Assembly (NCBI GenBank): GCA_005881695.1
Contig: VBBT01000113.1
Coordinates: 1-63,239 of the forward strand
Direction of reading: 5' to 3'
Origin: Candidatus Bathyarchaeota archaeon
Lineage (GTDB): Archaea; Thermoproteota; Bathyarchaeia; 40CM-2-53-6
Length of the DNA: 63,239 nucleotides
Shown: positions 15,201-24,763 of the stretch, one piece after another
How the letters are laid out: each line of letters opens with the position of its first letter
Numbering within the stretch: the stretch's first letter is position 1
The notes under the pieces: model-generated
Database searches by the model: none
What the model saw: the letters and a program-made list of their open reading frames with translations, nothing else
Told to the model about the DNA's origin: nothing
Position numbers and translations under genes: made by a program

Positions 15201-16766
15201 CTACTCTCTGGCCATCTGCACTAGGTCGGACGGCTGCTTCTTACTGTTCTCGGAGAGGCTCATTATTCCTCCAGTGAGACTCTGACCCTGTATTCCTTTG
15301 GCGGCAAAGATCTGCGCAACACGCAATGACGTGCCTCCTGCCATACACACTAACAGGACTTTTCGATTGTCCTTGGGAAGGACATTCATGATATTATCGG
15401 GTATCTTCTCAGTTGAGATCAACATTTGGACGTCTGAGGCTCTTGCGACTTTGATCTTGCTCTCATCGCATCCAAGGGACGAGGCGACGAGTTTGATGCC
15501 ATCCTCCTTCGGGACGAACATGCCATGGGTCCATAGAACCTCGCCATAATCGGCTACGCTAGAGCTGGCCTGTGGAAGAGTTACTTCGAGAGGAGGGGGC
15601 GCCTGAGCGATTGTTCCGAGAGTGCTCCGGTACTTGTCGATACCGTCGGCGAGCATTACGACAAACTTGTCTCCGACGCCATAGTTGAGCATCTGTAAAC
15701 AAGCGTAGAGCGCTAGCGCACTGCTCTCGCCAATGTCGTAGCCTCTTCCGACGAAGAAGCGGAGGACTCGCCTGGCTGGCTCGAAGTCCACTTCGTGCTG
15801 TCCCGCGTATAGGGCTGGATCATAGAATCTGAGGCCCAAGGCTTTGTCCTTGGTCCGTATTCCTGCAACGTCTTGGTTGTTCAGCGGGAAAATTAGGTGG
15901 ACGGATTTCTTGCTATGTTTTGTCTGGAGGTATTTGCTAATGCCGGCTGACGTGCCTCCGGTTCCAAACGCGGAGATTATTTTGAAGTCAGCTAGTGAGA
16001 GACCAATGTCTCCTAGCTGCTGGTCTATCTCCGGCGCTGTTACCCTCTCGTGTGACTTGACGTTCAGCTCGTTATCATATTGTTCGGGGCAGAAGCCTCC
16101 GTAAACCTTGGCCAGCACCTTTGCCAGGTTGATCACGTCTTGTCTCGCGAGGAGACCTTCGATCTCGGCTCGCGACTTGTTGAACTGCGCTGCGTCCAGC
16201 CCGAGATCCGCTAGCTGTTCCCGGACATTACTCGCTGTTGCCTTGGCAATAACTAAGTTCTGATCAAGAGCCAATCCTGGTGCTGGGCAAATGTCGATGT
16301 CCAGGTCCACCGTCTTGACTGAGTTCCTGTTCAGTTCATCTAGGACCCCGCTCTGGAGCTTCCTTGAAACTAGGAAAATGACATTGATGCCGATCTTTTC
16401 CAGCATTCCGAGGGCGATACCGAAATTGCCGGAGGTTGCCTCGAAGACTGTTTGACCAGTCCTTAGTCTGCCGGAAGCAATCGCATCCTCGATTATTTCA
16501 ACAGCTGGGCGAACTTTGACCGAGCCACCTATGATCTTCGAGTCGAACTTTCCGAAGACCCGGATGTTCTTTGCGGAAATTTCGAGGCCATATTCGACAC
16601 GAGCGCACTCGATGAGGGGAGCCGTCAGATCCTCCAAGGGCGTTGGATTGACGAAAGCCCTGCTTCCGTCTCTCTCGATAAGGTGGGGGACTTTGTTCTT
16701 TATCTGGCTCTGGAATCGCCTGAGAAGTGCTTCGTCAACTTGGGGCTTGGCCGTGGACTTTTGCAT
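15201..16766 (-). CDS. PLP-dependent cysteine-synthase-fold enzyme fused to a C-terminal rhodanese domain
   Basis: GGSVKVRPA (candidate PLP lysine), TSGNFGIALG and GTGGT motifs. The C-terminus has LLVCMAGGTSLR, a rhodanese-like active-site loop. Confidence 0.7.
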   Translation of the reverse strand: MQKSTAKPQVDEALLRRFQSQIKNKVPHLIERDGSRAFVNPTPLEDLTAPLIECARVEYGLEISAKNIRVFGKFDSKIIGGSVKVRPAVEIIEDAIASGRLRTGQTVFEATSGNFGIALGMLEKIGINVIFLVSRKLQSGVLDELNRNSVKTVDLDIDICPAPGLALDQNLVIAKATASNVREQLADLGLDAAQFNKSRAEIEGLLARQDVINLAKVLAKVYGGFCPEQYDNELNVKSHERVTAPEIDQQLGDIGLSLADFKIISAFGTGGTSAGISKYLQTKHSKKSVHLIFPLNNQDVAGIRTKDKALGLRFYDPALYAGQHEVDFEPARRVLRFFVGRGYDIGESSALALYACLQMLNYGVGDKFVVMLADGIDKYRSTLGTIAQAPPPLEVTLPQASSSVADYGEVLWTHGMFVPKEDGIKLVASSLGCDESKIKVARASDVQMLISTEKIPDNIMNVLPKDNRKVLLVCMAGGTSLRVAQIFAAKGIQGQSLTGGIMSLSENSKKQPSDLVQMARE

Positions 16767-16794
16767 TCCTTATCTTACCCATTGGGGATATGGC

Positions 16795-16803
16795 TTTATA
16801 TAA
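16795..16803. promoter_or_regulatory. Shared TATA element between divergent genes
   Basis: TTTATATAA is centred 26 nt upstream of ATG 16825 and 33 nt upstream of the minus-strand start at 16766. Confidence 0.5.
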
Positions 16804-16824
16804 CGTATGTCATAAACGTGCGTT

Positions 16825-17202
16825 ATGACCCAGACCTACAAGGCCCCAGACATTCCAAGCGATAGAATCACCCCCGAATTCGTTAGGGACGAGTTGCTCA
16901 GCTGTTTCGAAAGCGCCAATAGAGAGTTCGCCACCCTGCTCAACCAACCAGTTACCGACGAACAGCTCAAACAGCAAGTGAAACAGTTCGTAGAATCAGT
17001 CTTCGTCAACTGCGGCGCCAGCTACACAGACCCGACCAAACAGGGAATCTTGACGGCCATGAACCAGTGCCGGACCAACGCTGAGAAGATGATGGGCCCC
17101 CAAGGAGCCGGAATCATACAACACCACTACGATGAAATGATGAAACTGGTCGACAGACTACGAGAACGGCCAGTCTACGTCGCAACATCTCGTCTTGTCT
17201 AA
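16825..17202 (+). CDS. Hypothetical protein (125 aa)
   Basis: Clean ORF with leaderless promoter geometry. Family not recognised. Confidence 0.55.
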   Translation: MTQTYKAPDIPSDRITPEFVRDELLSCFESANREFATLLNQPVTDEQLKQQVKQFVESVFVNCGASYTDPTKQGILTAMNQCRTNAEKMMGPQGAGIIQHHYDEMMKLVDRLRERPVYVATSRLV

Positions 17203-17288
17203 TTCCAACAAAGACGAGGTCAGCGGATCGGACAAAGCTCCTCCTCTCGTAAGTCATTAGTACGTCTCGCTCCGCACAACCCCCAGAA

Positions 17289-18122
17289 TTGGAGTCCGTA
17301 ACCCAACAGCTTCACACCCCTAGAGTCGTCCGGCTCGACCGTATCGTCGAAGAGACGCCTTCAATCCGTTCTTTCTGGTTCAGCGACTCTACCCTCCACA
17401 ACGCCAAGCCTGGCCAGTTTGCTATGGTTTGGGTGCCGGGTGTGGATGAGGTTCCGATGAGCGTGCTAGCATTTCACGGGAGAACAGAGGCGGGTGTCGT
17501 GATCAAGAAGGGTGGGCCAGTTAGCACTGCGCTTTGGGAGAAGAAAGTCGGGGACAAGTTCTGGGTCCGAGGTCCGTACGGCCACCCCTTCAGCGTGGGA
17601 CACCACCACAAACTACTGGTTGTCGGTGGAGGAACAGGACTTGTGCCGCTCATCTCTTTCCTAGTCCATCTGAGAGGACGAGATGTCACATTGATCACTG
17701 GTGCGAGGACCTCGAGCGAGCTCTTGTTCAAGGACTGGCTGCTCAGTGAGAGCAAGGACCACCACTTCAAGCTCGTCTTCGCCACCGACGATGGAACATA
17801 CGGGGAAAAGAATCAGGTCCCGAAGGTCGTCGAGCACGTATTGAAGGAAGGAACCTTCGATGCAATCTACACCTGCGGACCCGAACCCATGATGAAACTA
17901 GTTTACGACCTGGCGATGCAGAAGAGATGCCACATCCAGGTCAGTCTTGAACGAGTGTTCAAGTGCGGAATCGGAATATGCGCCGCCTGCGTAATCGGCC
18001 CATACCTTGTCTGCCATGACGGACCAGTATTCTCGGAAAGAGAACTCAGCGGGATGCCAGAGTTCGGAAAAACCCGACGAGACCTCTCAGGCAAGAGAGT
18101 CCCTCTAGGGACAGGGCACTGA
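17289..18122 (+). CDS. PyrK-like FAD/NAD(P)-binding oxidoreductase with C-terminal 2Fe-2S motif
   Basis: The ferredoxin-reductase fold pattern (GQF..V.VPG, GGGTGL) and CGIGICAACV match the dihydroorotate dehydrogenase electron-transfer subunit family. No pyrD lies adjacent. Confidence 0.75.
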   Translation: MESVTQQLHTPRVVRLDRIVEETPSIRSFWFSDSTLHNAKPGQFAMVWVPGVDEVPMSVLAFHGRTEAGVVIKKGGPVSTALWEKKVGDKFWVRGPYGHPFSVGHHHKLLVVGGGTGLVPLISFLVHLRGRDVTLITGARTSSELLFKDWLLSESKDHHFKLVFATDDGTYGEKNQVPKVVEHVLKEGTFDAIYTCGPEPMMKLVYDLAMQKRCHIQVSLERVFKCGIGICAACVIGPYLVCHDGPVFSERELSGMPEFGKTRRDLSGKRVPLGTGH

Positions 18123-18261
18123 GTTCCCTTAACATGCGAAACATTGATGTCTAGAATTCGTCATCGAGACCACTCGCTGTCGATGTGCAGAAGAAATGCC
18201 ACAAGTAGTTTCGGTCGTCTCTCTTCGCTTTGCTCTCTGCTCGCTATTCCAAGCCTAGAAA

Positions 18262-19236
18262 TTGCGAGTTTGGACTCAGTCCGAAATCTCCGTTCTTAGG
18301 AAGTTATGGCGCTCGATGACTGATCGAGAACTGTCCGCCCTTTTTGGTAGAACCCTAGAGGCAGTTCGCTCCCATCGTCAAGATTTACTCGGTCCCCGTT
18401 GGACTTCTCCCTCGAAACGTTGGGAAGGCAAACCGGGCATAGTCTTCGAGAAAGACTTAGTCCGAGAGTATCTTAATGGTTCGAGCCAATCTCTGATCGC
18501 AGAGAAGTTTCATATCGAATGGCGCAAGCTTAGGCAAGTACTCCTTTCTCACAGGGTCCCAATTCGCGGGAAGTCGCAGCAAATGTTCATGGACCTTCAT
18601 GGGAGATCTCCTAAGATCAGGCTTCGGCTCAACCGCTCCAAGCTCTACATCATTTTCGCGATGTTTGGTGACGGTCTTCGACCCACGAGCCAGACGAAAC
18701 AAAGAACTCACATAATTGGAATCGCTGCTGGAAAGGACCGAGACTTCGCGGAGAACTGGATCTCCGAATTCGAACAAGAATACTCAGTCCGACCGGCTCT
18801 CAGAACAGTTGGAATCAACAATATCCAAGCCTCGATTTCCTCTCTCGACATCTGGAATGATCTGCACAGTTACGCCTCTTTCGGAACCCGATCCTGGGGT
18901 CTACGAAAAGAAGCTCTCGGGCACTTGACATCCGACGAAGCGTCTCGGACCGACGTGGGATACGGCCTGAGGGGCTTCTTCGATGCAGACGGTTCTGTAA
19001 AATACCAAGCCAAAAGATCTTCAAGACAAGTCACCGTCACCTCGGTTAACCCGGAAGGTCTACGGCAGGTCTCCACTCTCCTTGGCAAAATTGGACTCCG
19101 ACACAGCGTCTACGAAGATAGCATCGCCATATTCGGTCGGAGAAACCTCTTGGATTATCAGAGAATGATTGGGTTCGGAATCGCTAGAAAGAACGAAGCG
19201 TTAAATAACATGATCTCGACTTTTCGAGTTAGATGA
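18262..19236 (+). CDS. Free-standing LAGLIDADG-family protein with N-terminal HTH modules
   Basis: Two LAGLIDADG-type motifs (IIFAMFGDGL and LRGFFDADGSV). The N-terminus has Myb/SANT-like and resolvase-like HTH segments. Confidence 0.7.
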   Translation: MRVWTQSEISVLRKLWRSMTDRELSALFGRTLEAVRSHRQDLLGPRWTSPSKRWEGKPGIVFEKDLVREYLNGSSQSLIAEKFHIEWRKLRQVLLSHRVPIRGKSQQMFMDLHGRSPKIRLRLNRSKLYIIFAMFGDGLRPTSQTKQRTHIIGIAAGKDRDFAENWISEFEQEYSVRPALRTVGINNIQASISSLDIWNDLHSYASFGTRSWGLRKEALGHLTSDEASRTDVGYGLRGFFDADGSVKYQAKRSSRQVTVTSVNPEGLRQVSTLLGKIGLRHSVYEDSIAIFGRRNLLDYQRMIGFGIARKNEALNNMISTFRVR

Positions 19237-19481
19237 GAGAGGGAGGGTTGTAAGTACGCCAACACACGGCTCGTTGACCAATCGAAGTCGACACAAAGTC
19301 CCTTCGGGTCTGAGCGGGCAAGGTCAGGCAGCAGACCCCTAAGATTCAAGCATTGGATAAGCCAGGCCTCTCGCCAAGAGAGAGGGTCCGGCGGAATTCT
19401 GAGAAGAGGTTCGTCCTCGGCAGAAAACCAGGTCAGAACTATATCCGAACCTAAACGCTCGCCAGACAGTTCGGTCCGCTT

Positions 19482-19799
19482 ATGACCGAAGAATCGGACC
19501 CAAGCCTTACTTGCGTGTTTACCTTATTAGCGGCAGTCAACAGTAGCTCTTGCCGATATCAGATGGAAAAAGCCACTCAGATGCAACGCGGACTCATGGT
19601 ACGTGTAGTTTTGTCAATAATCACGCTAGCGGCTTTCTTGGCCGGTTCTCTGATCGTTGTTGGCTTCTACACCAACTACGACTGGTTTCAGAAAATCGTA
19701 GTAATCCTGGTCGCCATGATAATCGCATTTGCGGCGCTGGCAATTATGTGGGTCACTTGGGCCGGTCGCAGAGGGATGATGGGCTGGTGGAGAGACTAG
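19482..19799 (+). CDS. Small 2-TM membrane protein
   Basis: Two long hydrophobic helices. The start may be the internal ATG at 19563. Confidence 0.5.
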   Translation: MTEESDPSLTCVFTLLAAVNSSSCRYQMEKATQMQRGLMVRVVLSIITLAAFLAGSLIVVGFYTNYDWFQKIVVILVAMIIAFAALAIMWVTWAGRRGMMGWWRD

Positions 19800-19879
19800 C
19801 CCAATAGCGGTTGAACTGTCAAGCTCTTATCTAGAACGCTTCCTCCCAAGCCTCGGCCAACTAGCTTCGGGACCTGGCA

Positions 19880-21061
19880 TTGTCTCTGTTAATTGATACT
19901 CTACTCATCGTTCAATCGACCCTAGTGTTCCTTCTGGCCGGATACGAGTATCTTATCCTAATGGACTTCCCAGCCTTACCCGAAAATACCATGGCCCCGT
20001 CGAACAGTTCTATGGTTTCGATTATTCTTCCGGTTCGAAATCAGGCAAATACAGTATCCGAATGCGTGTCCTCACTGATTGGCTTGGATTATCCCGCGAA
20101 AGAGGTCATCGTTGTAGATGGCAATTCGACGGACGGAACCCAGAACATTCTCAAGAGCTTTGATGGTAAGATCAAACTCGTCGAGGAAGAGCCTCTTCCT
20201 CAGGGCTGGGTGGGAAAGAACTGGGCCTGCCACCTAGGCTACAAGCAAGCCACTGGCGATCTACTCCTTTTCACGGACGGCGACTCTGTCCATTCGCGCG
20301 ACAGTCTAACAAAAACCGTGAACTTTCTGCAAGACACCAAAGCGGACCTCGCTACCCTCGCCCCCGCCGCGATTCTTCGAACTTTCTGGGAGAAACTTCT
20401 CCAGCCTCCTATTTTCTGGTTGATTATGATGTTCGTCGGCGGCAAATGGGTCAATGATGACAGCAAACCACGTTGGGCCCTTGGAAATGGCCAATACATG
20501 CTCTTCCGACGTGAGGCCTACGACAAAGTAGGCGGACACTATGCGGTCCGGGACAAGATAACTGAGGATTATTCCCTTGGCAGATTGATCAAAGCCCAGA
20601 GCCTTAGGCTCAGAATGGTCACGGCCTCTGGGTCGCTGGGTGTTCGAATGTACTCTAGTCTCCCGGAGATCTGGAGGGGATGGAGGAAGAACTTCTACTC
20701 CGTCTCAGGAAACCATCCACTTTTTCGGGCCGTTTACCGACTCGTACTCCTTTTCACAATTCTCGTTCTACCGTTCATCGTGCTTGGATACGGCATCTAC
20801 CTTGCACCAGGCATGCCCCTGAACATCTACCTTCTCACGGGTGTTTTCATGGCCGCGTTCCTGTGGCTTGGGCTCATCATCCTCGACCGATCGATCCGGG
20901 TAAACCCACTCTACGCGCTTTTACTACCCTTCGCCATCATGGTCTACATGGGAATAGGCATCGACTCGACTGTCAGAGGAGCACTAGGTCTAGGCTTCTC
21001 ATGGAAGGGGCGAGTATATGGAAAACCCATAACTGGCCCGCTCGAAACCGGAGTTCCCTGA
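19880..21061 (+). CDS. Family 2 glycosyltransferase, membrane-integrated
   Basis: VSIILPVRNQ...VIVVDGNSTDGT and FTDGD motifs, with multiple C-terminal TM helices. Confidence 0.8.
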   Translation: MSLLIDTLLIVQSTLVFLLAGYEYLILMDFPALPENTMAPSNSSMVSIILPVRNQANTVSECVSSLIGLDYPAKEVIVVDGNSTDGTQNILKSFDGKIKLVEEEPLPQGWVGKNWACHLGYKQATGDLLLFTDGDSVHSRDSLTKTVNFLQDTKADLATLAPAAILRTFWEKLLQPPIFWLIMMFVGGKWVNDDSKPRWALGNGQYMLFRREAYDKVGGHYAVRDKITEDYSLGRLIKAQSLRLRMVTASGSLGVRMYSSLPEIWRGWRKNFYSVSGNHPLFRAVYRLVLLFTILVLPFIVLGYGIYLAPGMPLNIYLLTGVFMAAFLWLGLIILDRSIRVNPLYALLLPFAIMVYMGIGIDSTVRGALGLGFSWKGRVYGKPITGPLETGVP

Positions 21062-21075
21062 GATAGCAAACACGA

Positions 21076-22686
21076 GTGGGAATGAGTGCATTGAGCCAGA
21101 CAACCGAACAAGTCTCTACCGAAATTGTAGAGCGTCTGCTCAGTCTTGACCGTCCCTCCCGCGAGGACATCAACCGAATCAAGATCGAAGTCTGCAGGCT
21201 ACACAGGTCACCTACTGTTCCCCCTAACTCCGATCTTCTTCAGCGGCTCCCTGGTTCGGAATTCATCCGGCTCAGGCCTCTCCTTATCGGTAAACAGGTT
21301 CGTAGCGCTAGCGGAGTAACTACTGTCGCTGTAATGCCCAAGCCATACGCTTGTCCCCACGGAAAGTGCACATACTGTCCGGGTGGGCCGGAGGTCGGAG
21401 TCCCGAGAGCTTACACTGGACAGGAGCCAGCTGTCATGCGAGCTCTGGAGAATGAATACGACCCCTTCCTCCAGGTTCAGAGCAGGGTCGCTCAGCTTCG
21501 GGCAATGGGACACCCGGTCGACAAAGTAGAGCTGATCCTTGTCGGCGGTACATTTCCATTCCTACCAAGAACCTACCAGGAAGACTTCGTCAAACGATGC
21601 CTCGATGCGTTGAATGGCGTCGACTCACCTTCCCTGGAAGAAGCGAAGAATCTCGCTGAATCAGCAAATGTCAAGAACGTCGGGATTACCGTCGAAACCA
21701 GGCCCGACTGGGCACGGAAGGGCCATGTGGATCACATGCTTTCGATGGGGGTAACACGCGTCGAGATAGGGGTCCAGACCTTGTACGACGATGTCTATGA
21801 GAGAATTCATAGAGACCATACTGTCGCCGATGTTGTTCAGGCAACACAGACCCTAAAGGATTCAGGAATCAAGGTCGGGTATCACATGATGCTAGGACTC
21901 CCAGGCTGCGACGCTTCGCGGGATTTAGACGCGTTCCGGAAAATCTTCGAAGACCCCGACTTCAAGCCTGACATGCTGAAGATCTATCCATGTCTGGTCA
22001 CGCCTGGAACACAGCTCTACGAAGAATGGAGGAGAGGAGAGTGCAAGCCCTACTCCACCGAGGAATCAGCCTGTCTCATCGCAGAGATCAAACAGTTCGT
22101 CCCACGCTGGATTAGGATCATGAGGATCCAGAGAGAGATACCGGTGGATGGGATCGCTGACGGCGTGAAGCACGGGAATCTCCGACAGCTCGTCCAGCAA
22201 GAGCTGACGCGTCGTGACATGAAATGTGAATGCATCAGATGCAGAGAAGTCGGCATCCACTTCCTCAATAGTGGAGAAAGTCCCGACTTGGAACAAATCC
22301 GACTTCAAAGGGTCGACTATGAAGGTTCCGGGGGAACTGACATTTTCCTATCTTTCGAGGATCTCAAAAATGACATACTCGTTGGGTACGTTCGACTTCG
22401 AATACCAACTGAAAAGGCTCACAGACCCGAGATAGCGGGACAGGATGTCGCGATTATCAGGGAACTGCACGTTTTCGGGCAGACAGTTCCGGTGGGCGAA
22501 AGGCTTGCGGGGGCGTTCCAGCACAAGGGCTACGGGTCCAAGCTTCTCACAGAAGCAGAACGAATCGCGACAGAAGAGCACGACTGTCAAAAACTGCTCG
22601 TCATAAGTGCCCTAGGCACCAAAAGGTATTACTCGCGGTTCGGCTATACAAACGACGGACCCTACGTGTCGAAAAGCCTAGCCTAG
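21076..22686 (+). CDS. elp3: Elp3-type radical SAM / GNAT tRNA-modifying enzyme
   Basis: Radical-SAM cysteine cluster CPHGKCTYCPGG, an Elp3-like core and a C-terminal GNAT (HKGYGSKLL). Confidence 0.85.
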   Translation: MGMSALSQTTEQVSTEIVERLLSLDRPSREDINRIKIEVCRLHRSPTVPPNSDLLQRLPGSEFIRLRPLLIGKQVRSASGVTTVAVMPKPYACPHGKCTYCPGGPEVGVPRAYTGQEPAVMRALENEYDPFLQVQSRVAQLRAMGHPVDKVELILVGGTFPFLPRTYQEDFVKRCLDALNGVDSPSLEEAKNLAESANVKNVGITVETRPDWARKGHVDHMLSMGVTRVEIGVQTLYDDVYERIHRDHTVADVVQATQTLKDSGIKVGYHMMLGLPGCDASRDLDAFRKIFEDPDFKPDMLKIYPCLVTPGTQLYEEWRRGECKPYSTEESACLIAEIKQFVPRWIRIMRIQREIPVDGIADGVKHGNLRQLVQQELTRRDMKCECIRCREVGIHFLNSGESPDLEQIRLQRVDYEGSGGTDIFLSFEDLKNDILVGYVRLRIPTEKAHRPEIAGQDVAIIRELHVFGQTVPVGERLAGAFQHKGYGSKLLTEAERIATEEHDCQKLLVISALGTKRYYSRFGYTNDGPYVSKSLA

Positions 22687-22762
22687 GAAACAAATTCGAG
22701 GTCAGTCTATTGGTGAAAGAGTGGAACGAGTGTTTGAACCCTGATGTTTGTAGGTCCGACTA

Positions 22763-23317
22763 GTGCAGGAGTTCGAAACGCCCGGGATCTTTGAACCTCG
22801 GCGTCGGCGTCAATCGGACGAAGAGATTCTATGGAGTGGAAGAGCAAGATTTTCCCGGAGACTATTTGCTGTCGCTTTTTTGGGGCTATTTGCTCTTGGG
22901 TGCATTGTCTACTTCGCAGTATTAGGTGAGGTTCTTCTCGCAATGTCGTTTGGGTTAGTACTCGAGTCCAGTATTGTAATCCTAGGTCCATTATTCTTTG
23001 CATTTCGAGGCTCTAGATATCACATAACTGATCGGAGGATTCTGGTTCGACGAGCGGATCGGGTCCGAGGGTCTGTCCCACTTGAGGACGTTCGCACGGC
23101 AATCATAACAAAGACAGGCTTTCTGGGAGTTGCATCCCTCAACGTTTATCATTACAAAAACCGTTTGGGGAGTTCGTTTCTAGGCGGGACCCCACAAGAC
23201 GGCGAAGGCCTTCCTGCTGACTGTTTGAGTCTAGGACTACTTGGAAAGAGTCAAGCGGAAGAAGCCGAACAAGTTGTTCTGCAGGCAAAGTATGCGAAAG
23301 ACAAAGGCCTGATCTGA
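22763..23317 (+). CDS. Membrane protein with bacterial-PH (YdbS/DUF304-like) domain
   Basis: Two TM helices followed by YHITDRRILVRR. Confidence 0.5.
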   Translation: MQEFETPGIFEPRRRRQSDEEILWSGRARFSRRLFAVAFLGLFALGCIVYFAVLGEVLLAMSFGLVLESSIVILGPLFFAFRGSRYHITDRRILVRRADRVRGSVPLEDVRTAIITKTGFLGVASLNVYHYKNRLGSSFLGGTPQDGEGLPADCLSLGLLGKSQAEEAEQVVLQAKYAKDKGLI

Positions 23318-23422
23318 ATTCAGGCCGTGAAACTGGTCAACAAAAAGACCGGAAACCTCATCCAGAAATATCCTTAACCTAAGGCAAAGGACACCCGGCC
23401 AATACCAAATAGGTCTGTAGGT

Positions 23423-24757
23423 ATGTCTGTCTCAGCGCTAGAAGGATATCACGGGGAGATTCTTCGCCGCCTAAGAAAGTCTGGTGCGAAAGTCGGGAGC
23501 GTCATTCGGCTAACCTCGAAATCAGGGGAGGTGTTCGAAGGGATCCTCATCCCCAGGTCGGAATATTCTGATCCCAGACACATCGTCTTGAAGATGAGAA
23601 ACGGCTACAACATTGGCATCTCACTGGAGAGAACAGAGAAGCTGGAGGTCATCGGCGAGGGTGAGAAACCGCATTTCACCAAGCCTTCTTCACCGCCGAT
23701 TCGTGTTGGACTACCCAGGGTTGCTATCATAAGCACTGGTGGGACCATCGCGAGTAGGGTTGATTATCGCACTGGGGCTGTGCAGCCAGCGCTCACCGCG
23801 GCCGACCTCGCAAGCGTAGTTCCCGAACTCTCGTCTATCGCCGAGGTAGACGCCCACATACTCTTCAGCGAGTACAGTGAGAACATTGGCCCAATGCATT
23901 GGAAGGGCATGGCCGAAGAAGTCGCGAAGCGAATAGCGGACGGTGCAGAAGGAGTTGTCATAAGTCATGGGACAGACACTTTGCACTATACCGCTGCGGC
24001 CTTGAGTTTCGCTCTCTCAGGCCTGCCTATCCCAGTCCTGCTTGTCGGAGCCCAGCGTTCTTCTGACCGTCCCAGCTCGGACGCAGCCTCCAACCTCACA
24101 GGAGCAGTCGCTCTGGCCGCGAGAGCCGACATGGCCCTTGTCGGAGTTGCCATGCACCAAGACCTCTCCGATCACATCATCCTTGCTCATCGAGGCACCA
24201 GGGTTCGAAAATGTCACACCAGTCGTCGAGACGCCTTCAAATCGATAAACGCCAATCCGCTGGCGAGCTACGATTTGAAAACCGGCCAGATCGAACTGAC
24301 GAATGGAGTTCCAAAGAGAGACAAGTCCCGGAAGCTGGCCTTGAGATCTCGTTTTGACCAACATGCATACTTGATCAAATTCTACCCCGGGTTCAACACT
24401 TCCATGATTGACTCAGCGGTTTCTGCAGGAGCCCGCGGAATAGTCCTCGAGGGAACAGGGTTAGGTCATGTTTCTAGACAGTTGTTCGATTCGGTGAAGA
24501 AAGCGTTGAAGCGGGAGATCCCCTTCTTCATGACCTCCCAGACTATATGGGGACGAGTAGACATGAACGTCTACAACACCGGGCGCGACCTACTCAATCT
24601 CGGAGTCACTCCTCTCGAAGACATGATCGCTGAAACGGCAATTGTCAAGCTGATGTGGGTTGTAGCCCAGACCAAATCGGCCAGTAAGATTCGAGAAATG
24701 ATGCTTCGGTCGATTGCAGGCGAAATGACTTCGAGGACATTGGTGGAGGCTTCCTAG
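23423..24757 (+). CDS. gatD: Glutamyl-tRNA(Gln) amidotransferase subunit D
   Basis: Asparaginase-type motifs ISTGGTIAS and HGTDT. 444 aa. Followed by gatE. Confidence 0.9.
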   Translation: MSVSALEGYHGEILRRLRKSGAKVGSVIRLTSKSGEVFEGILIPRSEYSDPRHIVLKMRNGYNIGISLERTEKLEVIGEGEKPHFTKPSSPPIRVGLPRVAIISTGGTIASRVDYRTGAVQPALTAADLASVVPELSSIAEVDAHILFSEYSENIGPMHWKGMAEEVAKRIADGAEGVVISHGTDTLHYTAAALSFALSGLPIPVLLVGAQRSSDRPSSDAASNLTGAVALAARADMALVGVAMHQDLSDHIILAHRGTRVRKCHTSRRDAFKSINANPLASYDLKTGQIELTNGVPKRDKSRKLALRSRFDQHAYLIKFYPGFNTSMIDSAVSAGARGIVLEGTGLGHVSRQLFDSVKKALKREIPFFMTSQTIWGRVDMNVYNTGRDLLNLGVTPLEDMIAETAIVKLMWVVAQTKSASKIREMMLRSIAGEMTSRTLVEAS

Positions 24758-24763
24758 TCGTCT

